A stretch of 64,000 nucleotides of DNA from a virus (lineage: Duplodnaviria; Caudoviricetes): positions 1-64,000 of IMG/VR virus record IMGVR_UViG_3300021400_000468. One strand, 5' to 3'. Positions 28,359 to 37,610 of the stretch are shown here, piece by piece (the first letter of the stretch is position 1; each line of letters begins with the position of its first letter). Under the pieces are notes generated by a model that saw nothing but the letters and a program-made list of their open reading frames with translations, did no database searches and had not been told where the DNA came from. The translations under genes and the position numbers were made by a program.

Positions 28359-29759
28359 TTCAAAACGCTCCTTTCTGGTTGCCTGTCTTAGGCAATCCTG
28401 CTCTTCAGCGAAATCCTCTTACCATTCTTCATGAAGATTTCATAGCCGTTCTTAACCTTGACAACGCCATCAATGTCACTTTCCTTCTTGGTCTTGCATC
28501 CGGGCTGTCTCCGCACAAAGGGGAGAACGATGGGACCAACGGAATCCAGATCAAGAGCAGCCTTGGCTTCCTTTCTGGCTTTATACCGAGCCATATGAAG
28601 GTCAAACTGCGCCCGGATCTCATCCAGATCCTCAGAGAAATAATCGGACTCGTAATTCACCCGATAGAATACTCTCTGCTCGATCACTTCAAGACGGTTG
28701 TTCCAAATCGTGCTGAACGAATCGAAGAAGCGTTTCGGGTTGACAGGCTCGGTGTTCCTTCCAACGGTCAGCACAACGGAATCAAATCCTCGACCGATCA
28801 TTCCATCGATCTCGGCATACGGCTTTTTTTCCAGCATCACGCGGAGAATCTCATCGCCCTTCTTGAGATCGATCTTGGCAATCTCTCCCTGATGCCCGGA
28901 CATGGTTGTCGCATTGATAACATACCCGGCAGCAATCAGCTCCGCAACCTTGGCGGTGAAAATGGCCTCGATTTCTTCGTGTCTCATGATTCCTTCCTTT
29001 CTGCTCATCAAAACCGAGCACTCACAAATCCTTACGCAGTCACAACTTTTACCAGACGCGCCAGACAATCTCCGTGCGGCCTCTTTCGCGGTTGTACACC
29101 TTCCGGTGTTCATGGCTCTTCATGAACTCTTCAACAAACGCGGGAATCGAACAGGTCTCAATGCGGCGGACATAATTCCCGGTGACCCACTCATAATCGA
29201 TCAGCTTCAGCGCATGAGGCGTATCAACCCATTCGGAACCGACCAGCTCAAGTCCACGAGATTTTTCAACATACATCCGGACCTCGCGAAGCGGAACTCT
29301 TTTCCTCATTTCGGGCCTCCCTTAATAATTCTTGCTCAGGTCATACCAGATATCTTCATCATCAGAATCGATGCTGAACAGCTTGATCCGCTGAGTTCCG
29401 GCTCTCATCCGAATGTTCTTGAACGCCGCAATCGCTTCGGCTTTCTGATCCTTCGAGAACTTGAACTCCTTTGTGATACCGTTGCTTACGAACATCACGA
29501 GATACTTGACTTTGTTTTCCATCTTGATTTCTCCTTGTCTTCTCTGACGATTTATCGAACAACCTTCAAACCATTTCTCTCGGCCCAGCGGACCGCGCCT
29601 GCCTCGGTTTTCCATCTCGGAGTGAACCGCAGAACCGAATTCTCTTCAGCATTCTTCAATCCAAAATACTGAGCCGCAGTTCCTTTGTTGATGCAGAATA
29701 CTTTGACTTTCATTTTCAACCCTCCTGTCCGGGAAGCCCTCGCCCCCCCTGACGATATA

Positions 29760-29788
29760 ATTATATCATACTCTTCGACGTTTGTCAA
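29760..29788 (-). promoter_or_regulatory. Promoter repeat copy 8
   Basis: TTGACA-17-TATAAT. Confidence 0.85.
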
Positions 29789-30656
29789 TATGGAGAGCAA
29801 AAATAATTAGAATTTTTGATAAAATGTTTATCTCCAATATGGATTATGGTAAACAAACAACATTGAGGTTGGGAATGAAAAAAGGACCGTCTTAATGGTC
29901 CTTCTTTCCGGCAGTCATGTTAGCCTTTGCCCACTGGACTTTCTCGACGCTTTCCCTGCTGCCACAGTCTATGGTTCCATCACGGTTGATTACCAGAACG
30001 AAATCGCCAAGCCCTTCCAGCCACGGATCCTTCAAATCATACCACAGCCCACAGACCGAACCGGTCTGAATCTTAGCAAGAGCCTGTTCACAGAACTCCT
30101 CGGTCAGAGGAACAACTGATCCATCAGGGGCAACGATTTTAGACATATGGGAGGAAAGAACACCGATATACCGCAGGGTCTCGGAAGAAAACTGATTCAT
30201 ACTGCCCTCCTTCAGGCTACTTTCTTGTGCCATTTCCGAAGCGACCAGAGCCGCTTGACCTCTTTGTTTGCCGCAGCCCTGTCGTTGTAAACATCGTCCC
30301 ACAAACGCCCATGGGAAAACCAGCTCAGAACAAGAAACGCACCGTGGTTCTCCCAGCATTCGATGTTCAGGCATCGCTGGCCCTTTTCAAAACACTCATA
30401 CGCGGCGACCTTGTTCCATCCGCGTTCCCGCAAAGCCCAATCATTAAGATGCAGAGCCATGATCCATCCCTCCCGGCATTAGCCTCTGGTTTCCATTTCC
30501 ACAACATCATAACCGCATTCAAGGGCCTTGGCGAATGCCCTCTTGAACTCCTCGAAGGAATCGGTTTCAAACACCTGAGGATCAGAGAACAGCTTGCTCT
30601 GGTTTTTCAGATAATACACCATGCGATACTTTTTCATCTACATAAACCACCTTTCG

Positions 30657-31157
30657 TCAGGCGGGGATGACTTCCCCGCCGCGTCTGCCGCCGAACTTCT
30701 CGGAACCGTACATGTCACGGATCTCATCAAGGCTTAACAGCTTTTCGCCCTTCTTCCTGAAAGCGCCATGGTGGAAATACCATGCTGCCTTGTTGGGACT
30801 CCAGCGGAAGCGCATTTCCTTCAGTTCATCCTTGTGGGCACGGGTGTTCCCAGTGACCCACAGCCAAGATCCACAAAGCTCCACATCGATCCCGTCCATG
30901 TGGATCAGCTTTTCGATGATCTCAATGAACTCTTCAGGAGCCTCGGCCTTATCAACAGGAGAGCTATAATACTCACCGGCGGCGTTCTTGTGAACCGTAG
31001 CCAGCTCACGGCACAGGATCTCATACTCGGCGTTGATTTCCTGCATCTCCTCGGTGCTTCCACCCATGTCCGGGTGGTGGGCAAAAGCGAGCTTCTTATA
31101 CTGAGCTTTCAGCTCTTCCAGAGTCGTGGGGTTCACAAACCATTTTGCGGACTTCAT
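30657..31157 (-). CDS. J-domain (DnaJ-like) protein
   Basis: LKAQYKKLAFAHHPDMGG...MQEINAEYE (HPD motif). Confidence 0.85.
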   Translation of the reverse strand: MKSAKWFVNPTTLEELKAQYKKLAFAHHPDMGGSTEEMQEINAEYEILCRELATVHKNAAGEYYSSPVDKAEAPEEFIEIIEKLIHMDGIDVELCGSWLWVTGNTRAHKDELKEMRFRWSPNKAAWYFHHGAFRKKGEKLLSLDEIRDMYGSEKFGGRRGGEVIPA

Positions 31158-31211
31158 ACTTAGCACTCCTTTCGCATCTTCGCGCTTCATCCAACCTCAT
31201 CTTACGAGAAT

Positions 31212-31240
31212 ATTATACCACATTATTCGACGTTTGTCAA
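31212..31240 (-). promoter_or_regulatory. Promoter repeat copy 9
   Basis: TTGACA-17-TATAAT. Confidence 0.85.
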
Positions 31241-31900
31241 TATTTAGAGAAAATTTGTTTGTACTTTTTTCACTCGCCCATAAGCCACTGGTCATAAACT
31301 TCCTTATACGGAACATCCATTAGCTTGGCAAGCGCATAGAACAGTCTCTCACGAATGACGCTATCTCCAACACCAATCACATCATACACGTCCCTGTACC
31401 GGTCAAGCGCATCAAAAAGATCATAGAAAGTCACGGTTTCATCAATCTCGACACCCAGCTCATCGCTGGGATATACGGAGCAATAATAATCACGCAGTTT
31501 GGTTGTTTTGGTGATTCTCATTTCCTTTCCTCCGTTCATCTGAAATATTCGCAGCCAATAATTCCGAGCGGGAAAGTCTCATAGTGGCCCACATTGTTCA
31601 AATCATCAGGTTTTCTGAAAACCCTCGCCGCCCACTCTCTACGGCCCTCCGGATCGGTACTCACGATCTCGGTGAACTCGATCCGGGCGGTGGCTCCTTC
31701 AAACCAGAAGGTAACGCCATCATTGGTCTGCCGCTTCATCCCATTATATCTGGTTTTCAGATCGCCACGATACAGGCCAACGCCATAATTCACAAGGTCA
31801 AGAGCTCCGATCTCTTCTTTGGTCAGCTTGGCAAGCGTCTTGTTTTCGATCATGTCGATGTTCAGCATTTGAACCACCTTTCTGGTCCTTCACAAACCCC

Positions 31901-31929
31901 TTGACTTTTTCCCGCCTGTCTGCTATAAT
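31901..31929 (+). promoter_or_regulatory. Plus-strand promoter for a putative antisense sRNA
   Basis: TTGACT-17-TATAAT with TG extension, no credible downstream plus-strand CDS. Confidence 0.7.
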
Positions 31930-31934
31930 GGAAC

Positions 31935-32036
31935 CGAATCCGGGAAGAAGGCGGGCTTTCGCCTCCCCGGTTCGGATTGGATCGGCTCGTTACTTAGTCT
32001 GGGCAGACTTGGGGGTAACGGGCTTTTCCTTTTCTT
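31935..32036 (+). ncRNA. Putative ~100-nt antisense sRNA
   Basis: Promoter, GC hairpin, then GCTCGTTAC...GTAACGGGC stem followed by T-tracts (intrinsic terminator). Confidence 0.55.
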
Positions 32037-32166
32037 CCTTCACAGGAACCTTTGAGTCTCGAACTATCTTGGCAGCTTCTTCATCGCCGGTCTTCAACTC
32101 AATGATCTTGGCGATGTTCTCAAGAGAAGCATTCCACTGCTTATCAGTCATACCATATTCAAGCAT
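31990..32166 (-). CDS. 58-aa small protein (not in ORF track)
   Basis: MLEYGMTDKQWNASLENIAKIIELKTGDEEAAKIVRDSK...; first gene after promoter copy 10. Confidence 0.65.
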   Translation of the reverse strand: MLEYGMTDKQWNASLENIAKIIELKTGDEEAAKIVRDSKVPVKEEKEKPVTPKSAQTK

Positions 32167-32238
32167 CCTTTCTGCCCGCCTTTCTTCCCGTCAGGTTTTC
32201 GGTCTGCCGTTCGCATCCCCTGTCCCCCTGACGATATT

Positions 32239-32267
32239 ATTATACCACAACGCTCGACATTTGTCAA
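32239..32267 (-). promoter_or_regulatory. Promoter repeat copy 10 (start of early region)
   Basis: TTGACA-17-TATAAT. Confidence 0.85.
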
Positions 32268-32315
32268 TACTATTTGACAAATTATACGACAATTATTAGA
32301 TGTTTTTTAACAAAG

Positions 32316-32349
32316 AAAAAGCCCCGTGGCTTTTACACCACGAGGCTTG
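32316..32349 (-). terminator. Intrinsic terminator ending the late/lysis operon
   Basis: AAGCCTCGTGG-loop-CCACGGGGCTTTTT on the minus strand. Confidence 0.75.
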
Positions 32350-32439
32350 AATCTATATACCGCCGCATCAACGAGCGCAGGGGAACGCTCTCCACGACGG
32401 ACGCAACGGGCGGGAGGTCAACACCCGTAAACGTCAAGG

Positions 32440-32904
32440 TTATTTCTTTTCGGGGAAGATCGGACAGGCATCGTCCGGGCAGTCTCCGCTTTCGCAGATT
32501 TCCGGGACGATATCGTATTCGATGAAGAAATCATCGTCTCCCGGCTCCTCTTCCGGAGCGACGGGATCTTCCGGTTTCTTCTTCGCTTCTTCCTTCTTCG
32601 ACTTCTCAGCGAGGTAGTCAAGGGCATACTTACGGGTCCAGTCGAAGACGTACTGCGCTATGACTTGCAGTTTATCCTTGGGCAGGAATCCCCTGAACGG
32701 GGCGGGCAGGGCTTTATACATCCAGTCCACGACCATTGCCATCTTGTCAGGACCGGGCTGGCCGGTCTCTTCGGCAAGGGCGATGAACTTGGAGATCATC
32801 TTGACAACATTGCCCTTTTCTTGGTAGTAGAACATGGCAATCATCAAGGCGATCCAGCAGATCACCGAAATGATGCCAAACACATCATGATAGGTGAATT
32901 CCAT
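32440..32904 (-). CDS. Holin-like membrane protein
   Basis: N-terminal TM, 'AEETGQPGPDKMAMV' phage holin-like motif, in lysis region. Confidence 0.55.
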   Translation of the reverse strand: MEFTYHDVFGIISVICWIALMIAMFYYQEKGNVVKMISKFIALAEETGQPGPDKMAMVVDWMYKALPAPFRGFLPKDKLQVIAQYVFDWTRKYALDYLAEKSKKEEAKKKPEDPVAPEEEPGDDDFFIEYDIVPEICESGDCPDDACPIFPEKK

Positions 32905-32924
32905 TTTTCAACCTCCATTGGGTT

Positions 32925-33710
32925 TTACATTTCAACCTTAATATCTTTTTGACTTCCGCTGAGCTTCAAAACCTGCGGGGCATGGGTTGTGGGAAGCAGA
33001 TTCTTCCGAGCGGCATAACCCCCATACTCCAGCCACGAAGTAGCGGAGATAACCTTGAACGGCTTAATGGCAACCGTGTTGTTGTAGGGGTTTACCTTGA
33101 TCTTTCCCGGCTGGGTCACGAAAGGCCGATGGGTATGTCCGAGGATCAAGGCATCGGCCCCGTCTATGGTATACCCGAATCGCTCAGCGCGGTTCACAGC
33201 ACCACCGGTCAGAAGCCCACCGCCGTTTCCATGTACAACGGCGAGGATGTACGTGGGATTATGCGCCCCATCTCCGGATACGCTCCCGATCTGGATTTTT
33301 ATGAAGGCCATGTTCTCCCGGTACAGGTCTTCGATATCCAACTTTGCGCAGATATCATATACCGGATCATCGTCCGCATCTTTTCCGGACCGGCCTTCAT
33401 GATTTCCGGGGACGGCGCACAGAATCCTGTCCTTCAACGGAGCGAGCATCTCTGCCATGAGCTTCTTCTGGGAGCTGGGACGCATGGTCTCATCAAAAAT
33501 GTTGCTGATGCTTGAGCGGGTGGCATTGTTTATCAGGTCACCCGCCAGCACCAGATACGAATTTTCCTCCCCCATTACCTTCGTCCGGAACTCACGCCAT
33601 GCGGATTCCATGTGTTCCGCCGCGCCGAGATGAACGTCGGAAATGGGGTAGATCTTCAGATCGTCATTCCCCGGAAAATGCCGGGTGATCATTGTGAAGT
33701 CCTGAAGCAT
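32925..33710 (-). CDS. Calcineurin-like metallophosphoesterase
   Basis: SDVHLG, GDL, GNHE, HG and GHTH motifs. Confidence 0.9.
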   Translation of the reverse strand: MLQDFTMITRHFPGNDDLKIYPISDVHLGAAEHMESAWREFRTKVMGEENSYLVLAGDLINNATRSSISNIFDETMRPSSQKKLMAEMLAPLKDRILCAVPGNHEGRSGKDADDDPVYDICAKLDIEDLYRENMAFIKIQIGSVSGDGAHNPTYILAVVHGNGGGLLTGGAVNRAERFGYTIDGADALILGHTHRPFVTQPGKIKVNPYNNTVAIKPFKVISATSWLEYGGYAARKNLLPTTHAPQVLKLSGSQKDIKVEM

Positions 33711-33739
33711 CCGTCACCTCCTGTTAATCGGGGACATGG

Positions 33740-34078
33740 TTACACCTCATCATCGGATCCCTTGGCGTTTGCAAATTCGTCCTCGGTTTCGGCGGGAGGC
33801 TCCGGAATCTGCTTGCCTTTATACCCGTATTTCGATATGTTCTCGCCGAGGGACTTCACAGCATATGCTATCGCAACCCCGAGGATCGTTCGCACAGCCT
33901 CCTGAGACAAAGACTGCGCGATCTCACATCTTCTGAGCAAGGCAAGGCCATAGGAACACCACACCCAAGCGATGGCGTTGGATGTAATCAGGGTACAAAG
34001 CCGCTTCTCATAGGTTTCGTTCCATTTCTTACGCTTCTCGGCAAACCAGATCCGGAATTTGGATTTCTTCTTCTCCAT
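33740..34078 (-). CDS. Two-TM membrane protein (holin-like)
   Basis: Two hydrophobic segments, adjacent to endolysin. Confidence 0.5.
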   Translation of the reverse strand: MEKKKSKFRIWFAEKRKKWNETYEKRLCTLITSNAIAWVWCSYGLALLRRCEIAQSLSQEAVRTILGVAIAYAVKSLGENISKYGYKGKQIPEPPAETEDEFANAKGSDDEV

Positions 34079-34080
34079 CC

Positions 34081-34824
34081 TCAATCGCCTCCCTTCATTG
34101 CACGATGGATGAACGTCAAAACCTCTTCGCGGGTCACGGGATCGTTCAGCCGGTAATCCTTCACCCCGGAAGAAGAGCCTTTCAGAATGCCCCTTGACAC
34201 GGCCCATTTGACAGCCTCGTCAGCCCATGTATGGGGCGTGTTTCCATCTCCCGGTGTTCCGGTCTTCTGGGCGGGAACCGGGCCGGAAAGAAGCCCTGTA
34301 ACCTCCACAGCGAGATTTCCGAGACGGTTATACAGCCAGTCTCCGGGGCAGGACTTCTTGGCGAACCACCGGTGGACCGTCATAAGCATCTCATCCGACT
34401 TCGGCGCATACGCCAGAGCCTTGTCTTTATCCGGAATCCAGATCAGCCTCTTCTTCCCGTTCCGGCGGCAGATGTCCTCGCAGAGCTTCACCAGAGACGC
34501 ATAGACGGAACTGTTCATGGCGTAGGGGTCGGTAGTATCGGACGCGCACTCTATCGTGACGGCCCTTTGGTCATTGTCATTGGAGGACGTACACCACGAA
34601 CGGTTCTGCTCTTCGACGTACATGGCGACCCTTCCATCCACACCGATGCCATAGTTGGAGCTGGCCTGTCTGGAAACCGGCGCGAAGATGTTGCCAAGCG
34701 TCTCCACGGAGCACTGGCCCACCACGCAATGGGGAGAGATGCGGTCGATGCTGTGGGTCCTCTGCCCGGAATGATTCGGGCTGAGCATGGTATAGCTCAC
34801 GAGCGGACTGTTGGAGTATGTCAT
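34081..34824 (-). CDS. Endolysin, N-acetylmuramoyl-L-alanine amidase (Amidase_2) with SLH-like tail
   Basis: ISPHCVVG, ASSNYGIG, VTIECAS, HRWFAKKSCPG; C-terminal WADEAVKWA...GILKG...TREE. Confidence 0.9.
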   Translation of the reverse strand: MTYSNSPLVSYTMLSPNHSGQRTHSIDRISPHCVVGQCSVETLGNIFAPVSRQASSNYGIGVDGRVAMYVEEQNRSWCTSSNDNDQRAVTIECASDTTDPYAMNSSVYASLVKLCEDICRRNGKKRLIWIPDKDKALAYAPKSDEMLMTVHRWFAKKSCPGDWLYNRLGNLAVEVTGLLSGPVPAQKTGTPGDGNTPHTWADEAVKWAVSRGILKGSSSGVKDYRLNDPVTREEVLTFIHRAMKGGD

Positions 34825-34833
34825 GTCTTCTGC

Positions 34834-35253
34834 CTATCCCTTCTTGATCGGGAGACTGTTCACCAGATCGTAGGTGGGCTTCATGGCTCCGTTTCCTCCG
34901 TTCTCATGGTAACAGTCGTGCATGGCGTTCCATGCGTCCCGATCATCAAACGATATTTCTCCATCCGCGATGAAATGCCGGGCCAGATGCCTCAGACGAT
35001 CCTGCAAGATAAGCATGTTCGTCCGTTTCTGCAATCGAAGTGACTCCTTCACCTCGGTCATCTGACCGTCCATCTGCGCGATGGCGTGGTCTATCTCTTC
35101 AAGATGCTTGTCCGTATCTTTTTCGGCCTTTTCTTCGGCCTTGTCATTCTTCTGTGCCCTGCGCCTGATGGCCCAGCTAATCAAAGCCTTAATGCCCTCG
35201 ACGATGGAGAGGAGGACTCCACCGCCGAGGAAGAATTTTATCCATTCATTCAT
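34834..35253 (-). CDS. Phage lysis-region membrane protein
   Basis: N-terminal TM, coiled coil, YH..GGNG motif. Confidence 0.6.
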   Translation of the reverse strand: MNEWIKFFLGGGVLLSIVEGIKALISWAIRRRAQKNDKAEEKAEKDTDKHLEEIDHAIAQMDGQMTEVKESLRLQKRTNMLILQDRLRHLARHFIADGEISFDDRDAWNAMHDCYHENGGNGAMKPTYDLVNSLPIKKG

Positions 35254-35273
35254 GCTGACTACCTCCGGGGGGA

Positions 35274-35687
35274 TCAGCCCTCGACTATCTCATTCCAGCC
35301 ATAAACGCCGGGGGCCCAAACATTATTATCGACCGTAGATTCCCACGTCTTTCCGTTATAGGTCACCCGGTCGCCCTTCATGTACGGGTTGGTGCTGTCG
35401 GGCTGTTCCCACTCCCCGATTTCAGTGTCATCCTGACCGGGGAGGATCTTTGCCCAGAGAGACGGGGCAGATTCCGGGTCCCAACCATCCTGCGAGGTAT
35501 GGTCTTGAATACACTTATACAGGTATTCACCATATCGTCTCCGGTCAGCAACTTTATAGGAAACTCCATCGCCGGACCAGCGGGGGAACAGCTCCACCGC
35601 GTCGATGGCATCTTCGTCCGTCATGATGGCCGCGTTGTCCTCGATGATTGCGCGGAGATGCCGCGCTCTTTCCAGAATAGCAGACAT
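35274..35687 (-). CDS. Carbohydrate-binding (CBM5/12-like) protein
   Basis: YKCIQDHTSQ..W.P...PSLW and YMKGDRVTYNGKTWES..DNNVW.PG. Confidence 0.8.
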   Translation of the reverse strand: MSAILERARHLRAIIEDNAAIMTDEDAIDAVELFPRWSGDGVSYKVADRRRYGEYLYKCIQDHTSQDGWDPESAPSLWAKILPGQDDTEIGEWEQPDSTNPYMKGDRVTYNGKTWESTVDNNVWAPGVYGWNEIVEG

Positions 35688-36031
35688 TACTCTACCTCCC
35701 CAAGCAGAATTTTCGCGGCTTCGATGTAGTCCGCATCGTCAACGGTGGAATCCCCAACCGCCTCACCGTGCATGTGGAACTGCGTCATAAGCATGCCCGC
35801 ACCTGCGTCGTTGAAGGACACGGCATCCAGAACAACATCCCGGAAGGTTGCAACGATATTCCCGGAATCCGCTTCGGAAATCGTGATCTCCGCCAGCGCT
35901 TCGGGGGTCAGCTTTTCCCACGCAGCCAGAGCATCAGTCTTGGACGCAAAAGTGGCGACGGCATACAGCGGCGTTCCGAACCCGTCAATGCCGATCTGCT
36001 CGCCATTGGCAAGCCTTAACATATAGGTCAT
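35687..36031 (-). CDS. Hypothetical tail-associated protein
   Basis: Ends AAKILLGE, coupled to CBM gene. Confidence 0.55.
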   Translation of the reverse strand: MTYMLRLANGEQIGIDGFGTPLYAVATFASKTDALAAWEKLTPEALAEITISEADSGNIVATFRDVVLDAVSFNDAGAGMLMTQFHMHGEAVGDSTVDDADYIEAAKILLGEVE

Positions 36032-36072
36032 GATTCTTTACTCCTTGTGATTGTGCGTTCCGCCCTTGGGCG

Positions 36073-36342
36073 TCACTTTTCAAGATTCTTATGGATATCC
36101 TCGAGGATCGCTTTAAGGTGCTTATGGTGGACGGCTTCTTCTTTCGCAATAGTTCTCAGGATGGACCCATACCCACGGCAGGGGTACTTCTCGTCAGCCA
36201 GCTTCGCCAACTCCATGTACTTATCGTTGTCAGCTTCCTCGTCCTCTATATCCTGCTGAATGGCCTCGGCAAAATCAATCGCCTCATCCTCTTCTTCTTC
36301 CGGAACCTCAACGATTTCTCTTTCCTTTTCAGCCATTTCCAT
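36073..36342 (-). CDS. Ferritin/rubrerythrin-like four-helix protein
   Basis: DIEDE...KY..LA...IAKEEAVHHKHL (ExxH). Confidence 0.65.
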   Translation of the reverse strand: MEMAEKEREIVEVPEEEEDEAIDFAEAIQQDIEDEEADNDKYMELAKLADEKYPCRGYGSILRTIAKEEAVHHKHLKAILEDIHKNLEK

Positions 36343-36706
36343 TGCTCCTTTCTATGCGGTTCTTCAGCTCGTCCACGTCATTTGCGCCAAAGCTGAACTC
36401 TTGCTTTTTCGGGGAAATCCAAGGCAACGGAGGAATCGTTACGAGGAACGACCCATACTCCTTAACGCTCTCTTTGAAATCCCGAAAAACTTCCTCGATT
36501 TCGTATGTCCCATCTTCCTGACAGTCAAGAAGAAGTTTGACGGTGTTGTTTTCAAACACCGAATCAGCCAGCTTCTTGTTACACTGGATCGCCTTAACGC
36601 CAGTGGCTATCAGAATTTTGGTAGCCTTATCTTCAACATTTGGGAGGACTTCATTTTCCACATAATCCACAATTCCTTTCAGGAATTGATCTTTTGTAAC
36701 ACGCAT
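36329..36706 (-). CDS. Hypothetical protein
   Basis: Coupled ORF. Confidence 0.55.
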   Translation of the reverse strand: MRVTKDQFLKGIVDYVENEVLPNVEDKATKILIATGVKAIQCNKKLADSVFENNTVKLLLDCQEDGTYEIEEVFRDFKESVKEYGSFLVTIPPLPWISPKKQEFSFGANDVDELKNRIERSNGNG

Positions 36707-36817
36707 ATGTATTGCCCTGAACCTTTCTGTATTTTTACACTTTGACGGAAGGGAGGGACGGCGGTCCCCTCAGAACCGACCGGGAATCGCCGTCCCGTTT
36801 TAACTTATGCGGTCAGA

Positions 36818-37291
36818 TCAACCGCCAGTGCCGGTGGTCGTGGTGGTGCCAGCGGCGTCAGTAGGAGGCGTCACAGGAGGATAGGGCGGGAACGGAGGAA
36901 ACGGTCTCACGGCGGCAGGACCCCATCCGGGAGCAACATGCGCGTTCGGAACGACGAGCTGCGTGATGCTGTAGAGCTGCTGGATCTGCTGAGCCATGAA
37001 TCCGGTAGTGGCGGTAGCACCCGCGATGTACGCATGAACTTCGGCCAGCTTATTGTCCGTGTTCTGGTTCGCCTTCAGCAGAACGATCTCATCATCCTTC
37101 CTCGCGCTCTCCCGGATCAGCTCCATCTCATATCTGGTGACAGGACGATCACCGGAATCCGCAGACTGCGCCTTGGGGCCGACACCGAGAATCCCGGCAA
37201 GCCCACCAGCGCCGTTGATTGCGCCGAGCGCAGTTCCGATAATACCGGTAGTCAGACCGGCATTGGCAACGCCTCTGCTTGCATATTCCAT
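36818..37291 (-). CDS. Hypothetical Gly/Ala/Pro-rich protein
   Basis: YASRGVANAGLTTGIIGTALG...VTRYE motif, AAGGAGG RBS. Confidence 0.65.
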   Translation of the reverse strand: MEYASRGVANAGLTTGIIGTALGAINGAGGLAGILGVGPKAQSADSGDRPVTRYEMELIRESARKDDEIVLLKANQNTDNKLAEVHAYIAGATATTGFMAQQIQQLYSITQLVVPNAHVAPGWGPAAVRPFPPFPPYPPVTPPTDAAGTTTTTGTGG

Positions 37292-37398
37292 TTTATAGTC
37301 CTCCTTGATAAAAGAATTTGGAATATCATGGTTTGCTCTCTATTCTTGGAACTGATATCGCGAGTACAGATCCTCAAACTTCGAGTATAGCGGATATA

Positions 37399-37433
37399 TA
37401 AAAGCGCACCGGTGATCGGTCGATGCGCTTTTA
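37399..37433. terminator. Bidirectional intrinsic terminator after adhesin gene
   Basis: TAAAAGCGCA...TGCGCTTTTA inverted repeat. Confidence 0.7.
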
Positions 37434-37483
37434 TTCAGGGATTAAGATTGCCTCACGGGGAGGCGGGGGGGGGAGCGCGAAGA

Positions 37484-37610
37484 TTAAGTACAGAAGCCGA
37501 GCGCGACCCCGTAGCTGACGTTCGCAGTGTTGAAGTCGTAGCCGCCGCTGGTGGTGACCCTAGCGAAGCCAGTCGCAGAGAAGGCGGAGCGGGTCCACCA
37601 GTTAGACGCG
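37484..37610 (-). repeat. DGR-type variable repeat (VR) at adhesin 3' end
   Basis: Variable codons are nearly all NNC/NNT between fixed TGGTGG..CGCTCCGCC and GGGGTCGCGCTCGGCTTC. Followed by a GC tract and hairpin. Confidence 0.65.

Noticed and set aside
2757-32267. Repeated promoter motif as a dispersed CRISPR or integron attC array
   Set aside because: Spacing is kilobases and irregular, the motif is fully explained as -35/-10 plus operator, and no integrase is present.
37292-37483. DGR template repeat or reverse transcriptase next to the VR
   Set aside because: There is no AAC-rich copy of the VR here, and no RT (YxDD-type) ORF was recognised anywhere in the window.
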